DNA from: an uncultured Methanosarcinales archaeon
GTDB lineage: Archaea > Nanobdellota > Nanobdellia > Woesearchaeales > GW2011-AR9
Direction of reading: 5' to 3'
Assembly: GCA_964434885.1 (NCBI GenBank)
Contig: CAYSWQ010000003.1
Span: 6,882-70,881, forward strand
Length of the DNA: 64,000 bases
Shown here one piece after another: positions 35,098 through 45,566 of this stretch (its first letter is position 1; each line of letters begins with the position of its first letter). Under the pieces are notes generated by a model that made no database searches, was not told where the DNA came from, and saw only the letters and a list, made by a program, of their open reading frames with translations. Made by a program: the position numbers and the translations under genes.

Positions 35098-38000
35098 ATG
35101 AATATAAAAAGAGGGATGTGGTTTATCGTATTAATAGTTCTAGTTATTTTTTTGAGTGGAATTGTTTTTGGAGCTACTTGTAAAACAGGAGAAACAGATT
35201 GTAGTGGAACTTGTGTAGATATCAAAACAAGTTCAAGTAATTGTGGTGCTTGTGGTACTGCTTGTAAAACAGGAGAGTCTTGTTCTAGTGGAAAATGTGT
35301 AACAAGTAGTAGTGGAAATACCTGTGATTCAGATAGTGAATGTGGAAAAGGAAGTAATTGTGTGGCAGGAGTGTGTAAAGCTAAAAGTGCTGGAACTACT
35401 AATTCAGGAAAGTTGCCTGTAAATACAGATCGAACTCAGGTATTGGGAGCAAATGTTGAGGCCCCAGCTGCATTATCTGCGTGTGATTATGAGAATGAAG
35501 GAGATCATTTGGATTGTTTTAGAGACGCATCTCCTGCTGGTTCTTATTTATATGGAGGTAGTGGATATGTTGGGATAGATGATTCTGATAGAGCAGGAAT
35601 TGTATTGAAACCAAAAGGAATTGATGCAGGAGATTGTACATTGGCAAGTGTAATGCTTAATAAAAAACAACCAGGAGCAAAAGGGTGTAAAATTGTAATA
35701 GTTGAAGATGATTCAGCAGAGGTTGTGGATGATGATGATGGGGCAATGGGAGAAGTTAAAAAAGGGTTTGTTTTAAGTTATGATTATGATCGTGTAGTAT
35801 CATCACAAAAAAAATATGATGAATTTATTGAAATATATGGTCAATTTGAATTCACTAGGGTGCTTTGTGATGCTGATGATGCGAGAGATGCTCTTGAAGA
35901 AGCATATTTTCAAACAGAATTTCCATATATTTGTGCGGATGATGTTTATTGGCATAAATGTGAGACCAAAGGAAAGATAACTTGGGCCAATGATTATTTA
36001 TATAATTGTACTGACGACGAAAATCTTAATTTATATTGGGATATTAGAGGTATTGATAAAGATCACGATGGTTATACTGATGATAAAGATTGTGCTGATG
36101 ATCCTCATGGAGAAGGAATGCAATTAGTTGGTTGTCCAACAGATTTAAGTAAAGAAGTATGTGATCCAGTAAAACATTCTCGTTGTGCAATTTGTATTAA
36201 TCCAGGAAGACCAGAAACGTGTGGAGATGGATTAAATAATGATTGTGATTTAGGGAAAAAATCATTAAAACAATTAGATGGTCTTACTAAAGATAATTGT
36301 CATTTAAATAGATATGCTTGTGAAAAGAAACAAGGGATTGATAAAGATGGAATAGAATATGGTCCTACTCACACCAATATTTTTGGAGAAACATTATCTT
36401 GGAAGGAAGTAAAAAATTCTAAAGGGAAAGATGGATATTGTTGTGGTTTTGAAGGGGCCAAAGATTTAGGGAAAATTGCTACTGGAAAAGAAGGTAATTT
36501 TATTTGTTTGAATCGGAACAAACAACTAACTGGAAGTGCCACTGGAAAAATTCCTGGATGGGATACTAAAATTTGTGGAGATACTTGGTGTTGGATTTGG
36601 GCTACTGGTGCTGCTGCTTTTCAAATAACAACAGTTAAAAAACCAGGAGAGCAGCCATATGATATTGTTTCCAATAATAAAGAATGGCATGAATGTAAAG
36701 CCAACTTAAAAGATCAGAAATTACCTTTTACTCTTTCAAAAAGCAAAACATTAGATTATGAGTGGTTAGAAAAAATTACTAATAGATTTAGGTGTTATCA
36801 AGAAGGAAATCATTGGTCTTGGACAGAATGCTATGGGAAAAATGATAAACCCCAAAATAAGAATGCTAAAGGAAGAGTAGCAGGAGATGGTGTTTATTCT
36901 CTTTTTATTGATGTTAAAGGAGAAAAAATAGGTTCAACAATTGAATTAAAATCAAGTGATTATTCTTTATTTTATGGAAAAAATTATGCTTATGATTTTA
37001 GTGGATATGATAATTTGGAATTTATGTTAAGGTTTGTAGATAAAAGTGGAAAACCAGTTGGAAAAGATAAATTAACTTTGCCGGCGAATGTAAGGATGTT
37101 AATTTATGGACCAAAACAAGTAGATGAAAAAGGAAAAACTTCTGATTTATTATATCTAGATCAAAATGTTTTAGGTTATGTAATAAATGGTCCTCATTTT
37201 AGTGATCAAAATTGGATGCATGTAAAAGTTCCAATTCTCAACTTAAAAGGAGTTCAAAGTATTATTTTAAAAAGTGCTCGTGAACAAGACAAGATTGCAG
37301 TAAAAAATGTTTATTTGAGTAAAGGAAATTCTTCTTTAACTCCTTTATGTTCGGGTAAAGATACTAGAGATTATAACTCATGGATAAGTAATATTGATCA
37401 AGCTGATAAAACCAATCCCATTACAGGAGAAGAAATTTGTAAAGATCATTATGGTGCAAATTCTTGGTTAGGTAGTTATGGGAAAAAAGAAGTGGAAACA
37501 ATTACAGCTAGTTGTTGTGGAAATAGTCCAAAAGAATATTATGGAAAAAATTCGAAGAACAATTATGGTTGTTGGAATTCTCAATCAATTAAACCCGGAG
37601 CAACAATAATGAATACTAAATTTACTGTAATTTCTCAAGAAACACAAGTGGAAATGAATTATCCAGAGATTAGTTTTGATTATGTTTTGGAAGTAGAAAA
37701 CCCACTAAGTAACCAAGAAGTGCTTAGTGTATCTACAGAACCAAAAACAGATTGTGATAAAAGTAAAAAAGATAAGATTGCAATTTATAAAGGATATATT
37801 TACAAATGTAGTGGATTACAATGGAAAAGAACAGAAGATAGAATATTGGATTATAATTTACAATCCAAAAAAGTTGATGAAGATATAAAAAAATTAGCTC
37901 AAAAACAAACAAAAACAGATAAAATAAGTATTACTTCTGGACCAATTAAACTTTTGAATTGGAGTGGTGAAATTAAAAATGTGGTTCCTTTTATTAATAT

Positions 38001-40437
38001 TTTAAATCGCTATTGGGACACTCCAAAAAAATTAACTCTTAATTTTACTCATAAAACTACAAACAAAAATGACCAGAAAATGATTAAGTTGAAGATAATA
38101 GATAGTAATTCTTTAACGGAATATGAAGAATCAGTAGATTTATTAAAATTAAAAGGAACAAAAGCAGATTTCTTTTTGATGGCAGAAATAACAGATTATT
38201 ATTCAATTAAAAAGAAAATAGATATTAATAAAACCTCAAAACCAATTACTAAAGAATATACTTGTGATCAAGAAGAATGTCTTTTTCCTTTGCCTGGTTT
38301 TCCCCCTTATACTATAACTAATCCTTACCCAGAATTGTATGAATTATATTTTGTAGATAATACTGGAGAAACATTAGTTACTAAAACCAACAACAAGTTT
38401 ACTAAATCAGGAAATTTGAAAGCTAAAAAAGTTTCACAACAAGTAATTTTTATTAATCAAAAAGATGATTCTTCATTAAATAAAACCCAAGATCAAGGTT
38501 TTTATGGTTGTCAAGCAGCTAAGTTTATTGAAGATGTGGAAGTTGATAAAAAGAAACTCTTAACAAATTTACCTTATTGTTCAGTTAAAGGAAATTATTT
38601 TTGTAGTTTTAGTGTGCCTCATACTAAAAACCAAGAAAAATATAATACAATTAATGCATGGAGTAAAGAAGATTTAACTCAAATTGGTTATTCTCCTTTA
38701 ACTGCGAAAGAAAGTGTACCTACTTATTTTTCATTAATTAAAAATTCAAAAATATCTCCTACTAAAAGAAATTATTCTTCTAGTGTGGTGCCTGGAAAAA
38801 ATTTTGTTTCAAATCCAGAATTTAGTTTTCAAGGTAAAATTTTACCTCATTGGGAAATTTTTAAGAATAATAAATTAGAAACCGATGAAAAACAATATTT
38901 AAAATCAGATAAAGAAACATTACTAATTCCCACTGGAGTAATCTTAAAATCAGAAAAAATTGCAATTCCAAAAAACCAAGATTTATCTTTTTCCCAAAAT
39001 AAAAGTGGAAAAGTAATTATTTCTTTAGTAAATAAAGATGGTAAAATCACCCCAGTTACAAGTAATTTAAAATTCAACACTGGAAAAAATTCTTATTTAT
39101 TTTTAGAATTTACTGGTGAAGTAAATAAACCTTTTTTACAAGTTGTGGATGAATTGGGAAGAGCTGATTATAAATACAATACTAATTACTTAGCTAGAAG
39201 TGGTTCAGCTTGTTGTCCAGATAATTATTGTTGGAATGGGTATGCTTGTATCAAACCAATGGATACTTATAGTTATATGACAGAAAAAATTGGGAAAGGG
39301 AGAGAATATAGGTGTTTACAAGGGGCTTGGAAATATCTTCCTCCTCAATGGGATTGGAATTATAACCAATATGGTTTTTGTAATCAACCAAAACAATGTT
39401 TTGTTTTAAGTAGTTTATCAGGAGGGAATTCAAAATATTTAGCTAATGATTTCTATGAAGGAAAAATTCCTAGTTGTGTTAATAATGAAGAGTATATTTT
39501 TGATAATTATTGTGAGAATGGAAACTGGACTTCAAGAACCAAATATCTTGCAGACACATTAATTAATTTTGCAGAAAGTGATGAATATGTGTTGTATTGT
39601 ACTGATTATAAAGGAACATTAATTGATTATCGGACTTCAGAAAATTATATTGGTGGTTCGGTTTCAGCTAAAATTAACAAGTCTGTTACATTAGGTAGTG
39701 CAATTGAAAATAAAACTGTGGTAGAATCTTCAAAGGCTTGTTTCCCAAAATTGTTAGGTGGGACTGGAGAAAAATTAATTGCTGAAAAAGATAATACATG
39801 CATTAATAATGTTTGTGTCTTACGTTTTAAGGAAGGAGGGAAATTTAAAACTGCTTTTGCTACTTCATTAAATAAAAAATTAAATGATACTAGTTCTTTT
39901 CTAAGAGCAATGAATTTAGATCCAAAGAAAGTTGTTTGTCCAACTGGAAAAGATTTTGTAAAATGTACAAGTAGTTTAACAGGAGATTTGTGGTATAATA
40001 ATCAAACCAATAGTATAATCTATGGGAAAGAAGGAATTAAAGTAAGTGGAACAGTATGGGGTAAAGTTAAGAAATGGTTTAGTTCATTATTTGGTGGACC
40101 AAAAATTACTCAAGAGAAAAAAATGGTACAGAAAGGAACAGTTTTTAGAGAATTATTTTTATTAAATAAAGATAAGAAAAAAATTCGGGCAGTACAAGAA
40201 ATTTTTCCTAAGAAAAAAGCATTAATAGTAGAATATGAAGGATTTAAATCTCCTGTGTGTGATTATCTAAATCACTTAAAAGTTCCTTTAGCGGCCCAAT
40301 CAGAAGTTCTAGAGAGTGCTTCTGGATTACAGAAATTAAATTGTACAACTAACGGAACCATTCAGAAATTTGTGGCAGTAGAAAGTTTAGATTATTGGTG
40401 GCCACAATTGACAGGAATGTTGAGAGTTGGGAAGTAA
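35098..40437 (+). CDS. 1779-aa secreted Cys-rich surface protein
   Basis: Signal peptide; 'CSGTCVDIKTSSSNCGACGTACKTGESCSSGKC'; 'DKDHDGY' and 'ETCGDGLNNDCD'; many CC/CW motifs. Confidence 0.8.
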   Translation: MNIKRGMWFIVLIVLVIFLSGIVFGATCKTGETDCSGTCVDIKTSSSNCGACGTACKTGESCSSGKCVTSSSGNTCDSDSECGKGSNCVAGVCKAKSAGTTNSGKLPVNTDRTQVLGANVEAPAALSACDYENEGDHLDCFRDASPAGSYLYGGSGYVGIDDSDRAGIVLKPKGIDAGDCTLASVMLNKKQPGAKGCKIVIVEDDSAEVVDDDDGAMGEVKKGFVLSYDYDRVVSSQKKYDEFIEIYGQFEFTRVLCDADDARDALEEAYFQTEFPYICADDVYWHKCETKGKITWANDYLYNCTDDENLNLYWDIRGIDKDHDGYTDDKDCADDPHGEGMQLVGCPTDLSKEVCDPVKHSRCAICINPGRPETCGDGLNNDCDLGKKSLKQLDGLTKDNCHLNRYACEKKQGIDKDGIEYGPTHTNIFGETLSWKEVKNSKGKDGYCCGFEGAKDLGKIATGKEGNFICLNRNKQLTGSATGKIPGWDTKICGDTWCWIWATGAAAFQITTVKKPGEQPYDIVSNNKEWHECKANLKDQKLPFTLSKSKTLDYEWLEKITNRFRCYQEGNHWSWTECYGKNDKPQNKNAKGRVAGDGVYSLFIDVKGEKIGSTIELKSSDYSLFYGKNYAYDFSGYDNLEFMLRFVDKSGKPVGKDKLTLPANVRMLIYGPKQVDEKGKTSDLLYLDQNVLGYVINGPHFSDQNWMHVKVPILNLKGVQSIILKSAREQDKIAVKNVYLSKGNSSLTPLCSGKDTRDYNSWISNIDQADKTNPITGEEICKDHYGANSWLGSYGKKEVETITASCCGNSPKEYYGKNSKNNYGCWNSQSIKPGATIMNTKFTVISQETQVEMNYPEISFDYVLEVENPLSNQEVLSVSTEPKTDCDKSKKDKIAIYKGYIYKCSGLQWKRTEDRILDYNLQSKKVDEDIKKLAQKQTKTDKISITSGPIKLLNWSGEIKNVVPFINILNRYWDTPKKLTLNFTHKTTNKNDQKMIKLKIIDSNSLTEYEESVDLLKLKGTKADFFLMAEITDYYSIKKKIDINKTSKPITKEYTCDQEECLFPLPGFPPYTITNPYPELYELYFVDNTGETLVTKTNNKFTKSGNLKAKKVSQQVIFINQKDDSSLNKTQDQGFYGCQAAKFIEDVEVDKKKLLTNLPYCSVKGNYFCSFSVPHTKNQEKYNTINAWSKEDLTQIGYSPLTAKESVPTYFSLIKNSKISPTKRNYSSSVVPGKNFVSNPEFSFQGKILPHWEIFKNNKLETDEKQYLKSDKETLLIPTGVILKSEKIAIPKNQDLSFSQNKSGKVIISLVNKDGKITPVTSNLKFNTGKNSYLFLEFTGEVNKPFLQVVDELGRADYKYNTNYLARSGSACCPDNYCWNGYACIKPMDTYSYMTEKIGKGREYRCLQGAWKYLPPQWDWNYNQYGFCNQPKQCFVLSSLSGGNSKYLANDFYEGKIPSCVNNEEYIFDNYCENGNWTSRTKYLADTLINFAESDEYVLYCTDYKGTLIDYRTSENYIGGSVSAKINKSVTLGSAIENKTVVESSKACFPKLLGGTGEKLIAEKDNTCINNVCVLRFKEGGKFKTAFATSLNKKLNDTSSFLRAMNLDPKKVVCPTGKDFVKCTSSLTGDLWYNNQTNSIIYGKEGIKVSGTVWGKVKKWFSSLFGGPKITQEKKMVQKGTVFRELFLLNKDKKKIRAVQEIFPKKKALIVEYEGFKSPVCDYLNHLKVPLAAQSEVLESASGLQKLNCTTNGTIQKFVAVESLDYWWPQLTGMLRVGK

Positions 40438-40500
40438 TTGTTTATTATTATTCTTAAAAATAGTAAAACATATAAAAAAGAGAATAAAATTAAGAATAAA

Positions 40501-41136
40501 ATGACAAAAACTATTCTTTTTGATTTTTGGGGAACACTGGTAGAACAAGGAGTTTGGAGTCCGGTAAAACAAGTAAGAAATGTTTTAGGTATAGGGATGC
40601 CTTTTGCAGAATATATTACTAGAATGGAAACTGCTTTTATGACTCAATCTTTTCCTAGTTTAAAAGAAGGGTTTGAAAATGTATTTTTTGAATTTGGTCT
40701 TTCTCCTCAAGAAGAAAAAATTGAAAATTTAATTGGAATGTGGAATAAATCTTGGATGTTAGCTGAACCATATCCAGAAACGAAAGAAGTGTTAAAAAAA
40801 TTAAGAGAAAATCATAAATTAATTTTGGTTTGTAATGCAGATAATTTTTCAGTAAATCAAGTTTTAGATAAATTTGGTTTAAGAGAACTTTTTGATAATA
40901 TTTTTTTCTCTTATGAGCTTGGTTTGATAAAAACAAACAAACTCTTTTTTCAGACTATTCTTAAACAGCTTAATCTTACTCCAGAAGAATGTATTTTGGT
41001 AGGAGATAGTATTCAAAGTGATATTATTCCTGGTCGTCGCGCTGATTTAGAAGTAGTTTTGGTTGATAGAAAAAATCATCGAGATTTCCATCCTAAAATT
41101 AAAAGTTTGGAAGACTTGGAAAAAATAATTTCTTAA
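40501..41136 (+). CDS. HAD-superfamily hydrolase
   Basis: FDFWGTL (motif I variant), 'VGDSIQSDI'. Confidence 0.88.
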   Translation: MTKTILFDFWGTLVEQGVWSPVKQVRNVLGIGMPFAEYITRMETAFMTQSFPSLKEGFENVFFEFGLSPQEEKIENLIGMWNKSWMLAEPYPETKEVLKKLRENHKLILVCNADNFSVNQVLDKFGLRELFDNIFFSYELGLIKTNKLFFQTILKQLNLTPEECILVGDSIQSDIIPGRRADLEVVLVDRKNHRDFHPKIKSLEDLEKIIS

Positions 41137-41143
41137 TTGAAAG

Positions 41144-41225
41144 AGTGGCTTTGCACTTTAAACTTTCTTGATGGAAAGTAATAAAGTGGCTTTGCACTTT
41201 AAACTTTCTTGATGGAAAGTAATAA
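41144..41225. repeat. perfect tandem duplication of 41 bp
   Basis: AGTGGCTTTGCACTTTAAACTTTCTTGATGGAAAGTAATAA twice, with no spacer. Confidence 0.95.
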
Positions 41226-41253
41226 AAAGTAATTATCTTTTCTAATATTTATA

Positions 41254-42147
41254 ATGGAAATTACTATTTTGGGTACTGCTTGTATGCAACCTACAAAAGA
41301 TAGAAACCACGTAGGCATTTTACTTAGTTATGGGAAGGAAAAAATATTATTTGATTGTGGAGAAAATATTCAAAGACAATTAAGAATTGCTGGTTTAAAG
41401 CCTGCCAAAATAACCAAACTCTTTATTTCTCATTGGCATGGAGATCATGTTTTGGGAGTTCCTGGTTTAATGAGTAGCATGGGTGCAGATAATGCTGCAG
41501 GAAAACTACTCATTTATGGTCCTAAAGGAACTAAAAAAAGAATTGAATATCTAAGAAAAGCATTTGAAAGCAAACATATGGTGGATTATGAAGTTCATGA
41601 AATTGTACCTGTTGGTAAAAAAGTTAAAAAAATTGAATTTGATAATTATTTCTTTGAAGTTCGTAATTTAGAACATGGTGTTGGTTGTTTAGGATATAGA
41701 ATGGTTGAAAAAGATAAATTAAAAATTAAACCTAAATTTGTTAAAAAAATTCCAGGTATTTTGTTGGGAAACTTACAAAAAGGAAAAAATATTGAATTTG
41801 AAGGAAAGAAAATCAAATCTCCTGAAGCAACTTATTTGGTTCCTGGTAAAAAGATAGTTATTTTAATGGATACTCGGCCATGTACTACTTTTGTTAAATT
41901 AGCCCAAGAAGCTGATTTATTAATTACAGAAGCGACTTATTTAGATGAACATAAAGATAAAGCAGAAGAATATTTACATTTAACTGCAAAAGAAGCAGGT
42001 ATGTTGGCAAACCAAGCCAATGTTAAGAAATTAATATTATTACACTTTAGTTCTCGGTATAAAGATATTTCTTTGATTAGAGAAGAAGCAAAAGAAGTTT
42101 TTGAAGATGTTGTTTGTGCTGAAGATTTTATGAAATTTAAAATATGA
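41254..42147 (+). CDS. rnz: ribonuclease Z
   Basis: ILGT, FDCGE, HWHGDH, DTRP, EATY and HFSSRY motifs. Confidence 0.95.
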   Translation: MEITILGTACMQPTKDRNHVGILLSYGKEKILFDCGENIQRQLRIAGLKPAKITKLFISHWHGDHVLGVPGLMSSMGADNAAGKLLIYGPKGTKKRIEYLRKAFESKHMVDYEVHEIVPVGKKVKKIEFDNYFFEVRNLEHGVGCLGYRMVEKDKLKIKPKFVKKIPGILLGNLQKGKNIEFEGKKIKSPEATYLVPGKKIVILMDTRPCTTFVKLAQEADLLITEATYLDEHKDKAEEYLHLTAKEAGMLANQANVKKLILLHFSSRYKDISLIREEAKEVFEDVVCAEDFMKFKI

Positions 42148-42539
42148 ATACTAAAGCCAAAGGAACAAAAGGAGAAAGAGATTTGATTAAATTATTCAAT
42201 GAAGCTGGATGGAGTGCAATTAGAAGTGCTGGTTCTGGTTCTCAAAGTTATCCTTCTCCTGATTTATTAGTAGGAAATGCTGTTCGTAGATTAGCAATTG
42301 AATGTAAAGTAACTAAAAATAAGAAAAAATATTTTTATTCTTCAGAAATTGAACAATTAAAAGAATTTTCCCAGAATTTTGGAGCAGAAAGTTGGATAGG
42401 AGTTAAATTTCCCCAAGAAAAGTGGTATTTTTTGATTTTAGAAGATTTAGAATGTACTGGTACTTGTTTAGCTATTTCTTTAGAACAAGCAAAATTAAAA
42501 GGTTTATTGATAGAAGAATTAATTAATAAAGATATTTAA
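42144..42539 (+). CDS. hjc: Holliday junction resolvase Hjc
   Basis: KG...ERDL, RSAGSG, PDLL and IECK motifs. Confidence 0.95.
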   Translation: MNTKAKGTKGERDLIKLFNEAGWSAIRSAGSGSQSYPSPDLLVGNAVRRLAIECKVTKNKKKYFYSSEIEQLKEFSQNFGAESWIGVKFPQEKWYFLILEDLECTGTCLAISLEQAKLKGLLIEELINKDI

Positions 42540-42618
42540 GCCTATAAAAAGAAAGATTTAAAATATAAAAGAAACGAAAGATTTAAAAGTGTTACTTACC
42601 AATGATTCTTATTTATAA

Positions 42619-43266
42619 ATGAAATTAACTCAAAATAAAATTGATGAAATTGTTTTAGAAATTATTGGAGATGAAGGTCTACGTTTAGTGAAAGCACTAA
42701 AAGGAAAAGAAAATATCTCTGAATTCACTTTAGCTACTAAACTAAGAAGAGATATTAAATTAGTTAGACACATGTTATATAAATTACATAATTTTAATTT
42801 GGTTAGTTCTACTAGAAAAAAAGATAAACAAAAAGGATGGTATGTTTATTATTGGACAATCATCCCAGAAAATATTAAATTTTTATATTTAAAGAAAAGA
42901 AGTAAATTATTAGAAAAGTTAAAAATTAAATTAAAAAAAGAAGAAACAGATCATTTTTTTACTTGTAATAAAAAATGTGTCCGTTTAGATTTTGATCAAT
43001 CTTTAGATTTTGAGTTTCATTGTCCAGAATGTGGAGAATTAGTTTCTCAAGATAAGAATACTACAAGAATTAATCAATTAATGAAAAAAATTGAAAAATT
43101 AGAAAAAGAATTAGAAGAAGAAAAGAAAAATAAAATAATTCAACTTAAAAAAGAAGCAAAAAAAAGAGAACTTGAAAAGAAAAAAGAGGTTGTAAAGAAA
43201 ATAACAGTTAAAAAAAAAGTTATTAAAAAAACCAGTAAATCAAAAACAAAAGTTAAAAAGAAATAA
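42619..43266 (+). CDS. tfe: transcription factor E alpha with a Lys-rich coiled-coil tail
   Basis: Winged helix 'VRHMLYKL...RKKD...GWYVYYW'; Zn ribbon 'FTC...C...FHCPECG'. Confidence 0.92.
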   Translation: MKLTQNKIDEIVLEIIGDEGLRLVKALKGKENISEFTLATKLRRDIKLVRHMLYKLHNFNLVSSTRKKDKQKGWYVYYWTIIPENIKFLYLKKRSKLLEKLKIKLKKEETDHFFTCNKKCVRLDFDQSLDFEFHCPECGELVSQDKNTTRINQLMKKIEKLEKELEEEKKNKIIQLKKEAKKRELEKKKEVVKKITVKKKVIKKTSKSKTKVKKK

Positions 43267-43268
43267 AA

Positions 43269-43466
43269 TTATTTTCTTTTACGTTTTTTAACTGCTTTTT
43301 GAATTTTCATTTCTTCTTTTAAAATTCTTCCAGTTAATCTTTGAATATTGGATTCCATTCCAGCTACTCTTCTTTCTAAAATTAATAATACTCTTAAAGA
43401 ATAAACTATTGCTGCTAATGTACCAATAATAACTGCTAAAATAAAATTTTCCATCTGTAATACCAT
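43269..43466 (-). CDS. small single-TM coiled-coil protein
   Basis: 'LAVIIGTLAAIVYSLRVLLILERRVA'; GAGGTG SD upstream. Confidence 0.7.
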   Translation of the reverse strand: MVLQMENFILAVIIGTLAAIVYSLRVLLILERRVAGMESNIQRLTGRILKEEMKIQKAVKKRKRK

Positions 43467-43564
43467 TTTGATTCACCTCTTTTTGAATATCTTAATTAAA
43501 TTTTAAAAATATATAAATCTATCGTTAAGTTGAGAATAAAAAAGTTTGTTATGTTGGATATGAG

Positions 43565-44340
<776 letters not shown>

Positions 44341-44362
44341 ATCTGTAATAAGATGAAGGTGA

Positions 44363-45565
44363 ATGATGAAAATAGGTAATTTTTTTGATAATTTTTTGAA
44401 AAAAGATTCAATTTTTTTAGATAAAACTATTTTACAATCTTCTTATTTACCAAATAATGTTTTGTATAGAGAAGAACAAATTATGGAAATTGCAAATGTT
44501 TTAGCTCCTGCTTTGAGATTAGAGAAACCTTCTAATTTATTTTTATTTGGAAAAACAGGAACTGGAAAAACATTAACAACAAAACATTTGTTGAATTCCA
44601 TGAAAGAAACTGCTAGAGCTAATAATATTCCTTTGAAAACCGTTTTCATAAATTGTAAGTTAAAAAGAGTAGCAGATACAGAATATAGATTGATTGCACA
44701 ATTAATTAGAGAATTTAAACAACAGGTTCCTCCAACAGGTTTACCCACAGATGAAGTATATAATATATTTTATGGATTATTAGATAGACAAAAACAAGTA
44801 GTAATTTTAGTTTTAGATGAAATAGATCAATTAACTAATAAAATAGGAGATGAAGTATTATATAATTTAACTCGGATTAATTCTGAATTAAAAAATGCAC
44901 AATTATGTTTAATTGGAATTTCAAATCGTTTAATTTTTTCTGACAATTTAGATCCTCGGATAAAAAGTTCATTAAGTCAGGAAGAAATAATTTTTCCTCC
45001 TTATAATGCTTTACAAATTCAAACAATTTTGAATGAGAGAGCAGTTAAAGCATTTAAAGAAGATATTATTGAAGCAGGAGTGGTTGAAAAATGTGCTGCA
45101 TATGCAGCTAGAGATCATGGTGATGCAAGAAGAGCAATTGATTTGTTAAGAATTGCAGGAGAATTAGCAGATAGGTCAGGTTCAGAAATAATTAAAATAA
45201 ATCATTTAGATGAAGCAGAGAAGAAAATTGAAAGAGATAGAATTATTAATTCAGTAGTTGGTCAACCAAAACAATTTCAAGGAGTTTTATACTCTGTTAT
45301 TTTAATTGCACAACAAAAGAATATTTTTTTTACAGGAGAAATTTATGATATTTACAAAAAAATATGTCAACAAGTTAGATTTAGTGTATTAACACAAAGA
45401 AGAGTAAGTGATATTGTGGCAGAATTAGATATGTTGGGATTAATTAATGCAAAAATTATTTCTAAAGGAAGATATGGAAGAACAAGAGAAATTTCTTTAG
45501 CAATTAGTGAAGATATTTTGATAAAATTAAGAGAATTGCTAGAAAAATCATTAGGTATTTCTTAA
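44363..45565 (+). CDS. cdc6: Orc1/Cdc6 replication initiator
   Basis: GKTGTGKT, VLDEIDQL, FPPYNA, HGDARRAIDLLR and the winged-helix 'SKGRYGRTREI'. Confidence 0.97.
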   Translation: MMKIGNFFDNFLKKDSIFLDKTILQSSYLPNNVLYREEQIMEIANVLAPALRLEKPSNLFLFGKTGTGKTLTTKHLLNSMKETARANNIPLKTVFINCKLKRVADTEYRLIAQLIREFKQQVPPTGLPTDEVYNIFYGLLDRQKQVVILVLDEIDQLTNKIGDEVLYNLTRINSELKNAQLCLIGISNRLIFSDNLDPRIKSSLSQEEIIFPPYNALQIQTILNERAVKAFKEDIIEAGVVEKCAAYAARDHGDARRAIDLLRIAGELADRSGSEIIKINHLDEAEKKIERDRIINSVVGQPKQFQGVLYSVILIAQQKNIFFTGEIYDIYKKICQQVRFSVLTQRRVSDIVAELDMLGLINAKIISKGRYGRTREISLAISEDILIKLRELLEKSLGIS

Positions 45566-45566
45566 G

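Noticed and set aside
41144..41225. 41-bp repeat as a CRISPR array
   Set aside because: Only two copies, directly adjacent with no spacer, and no cas genes in the window.
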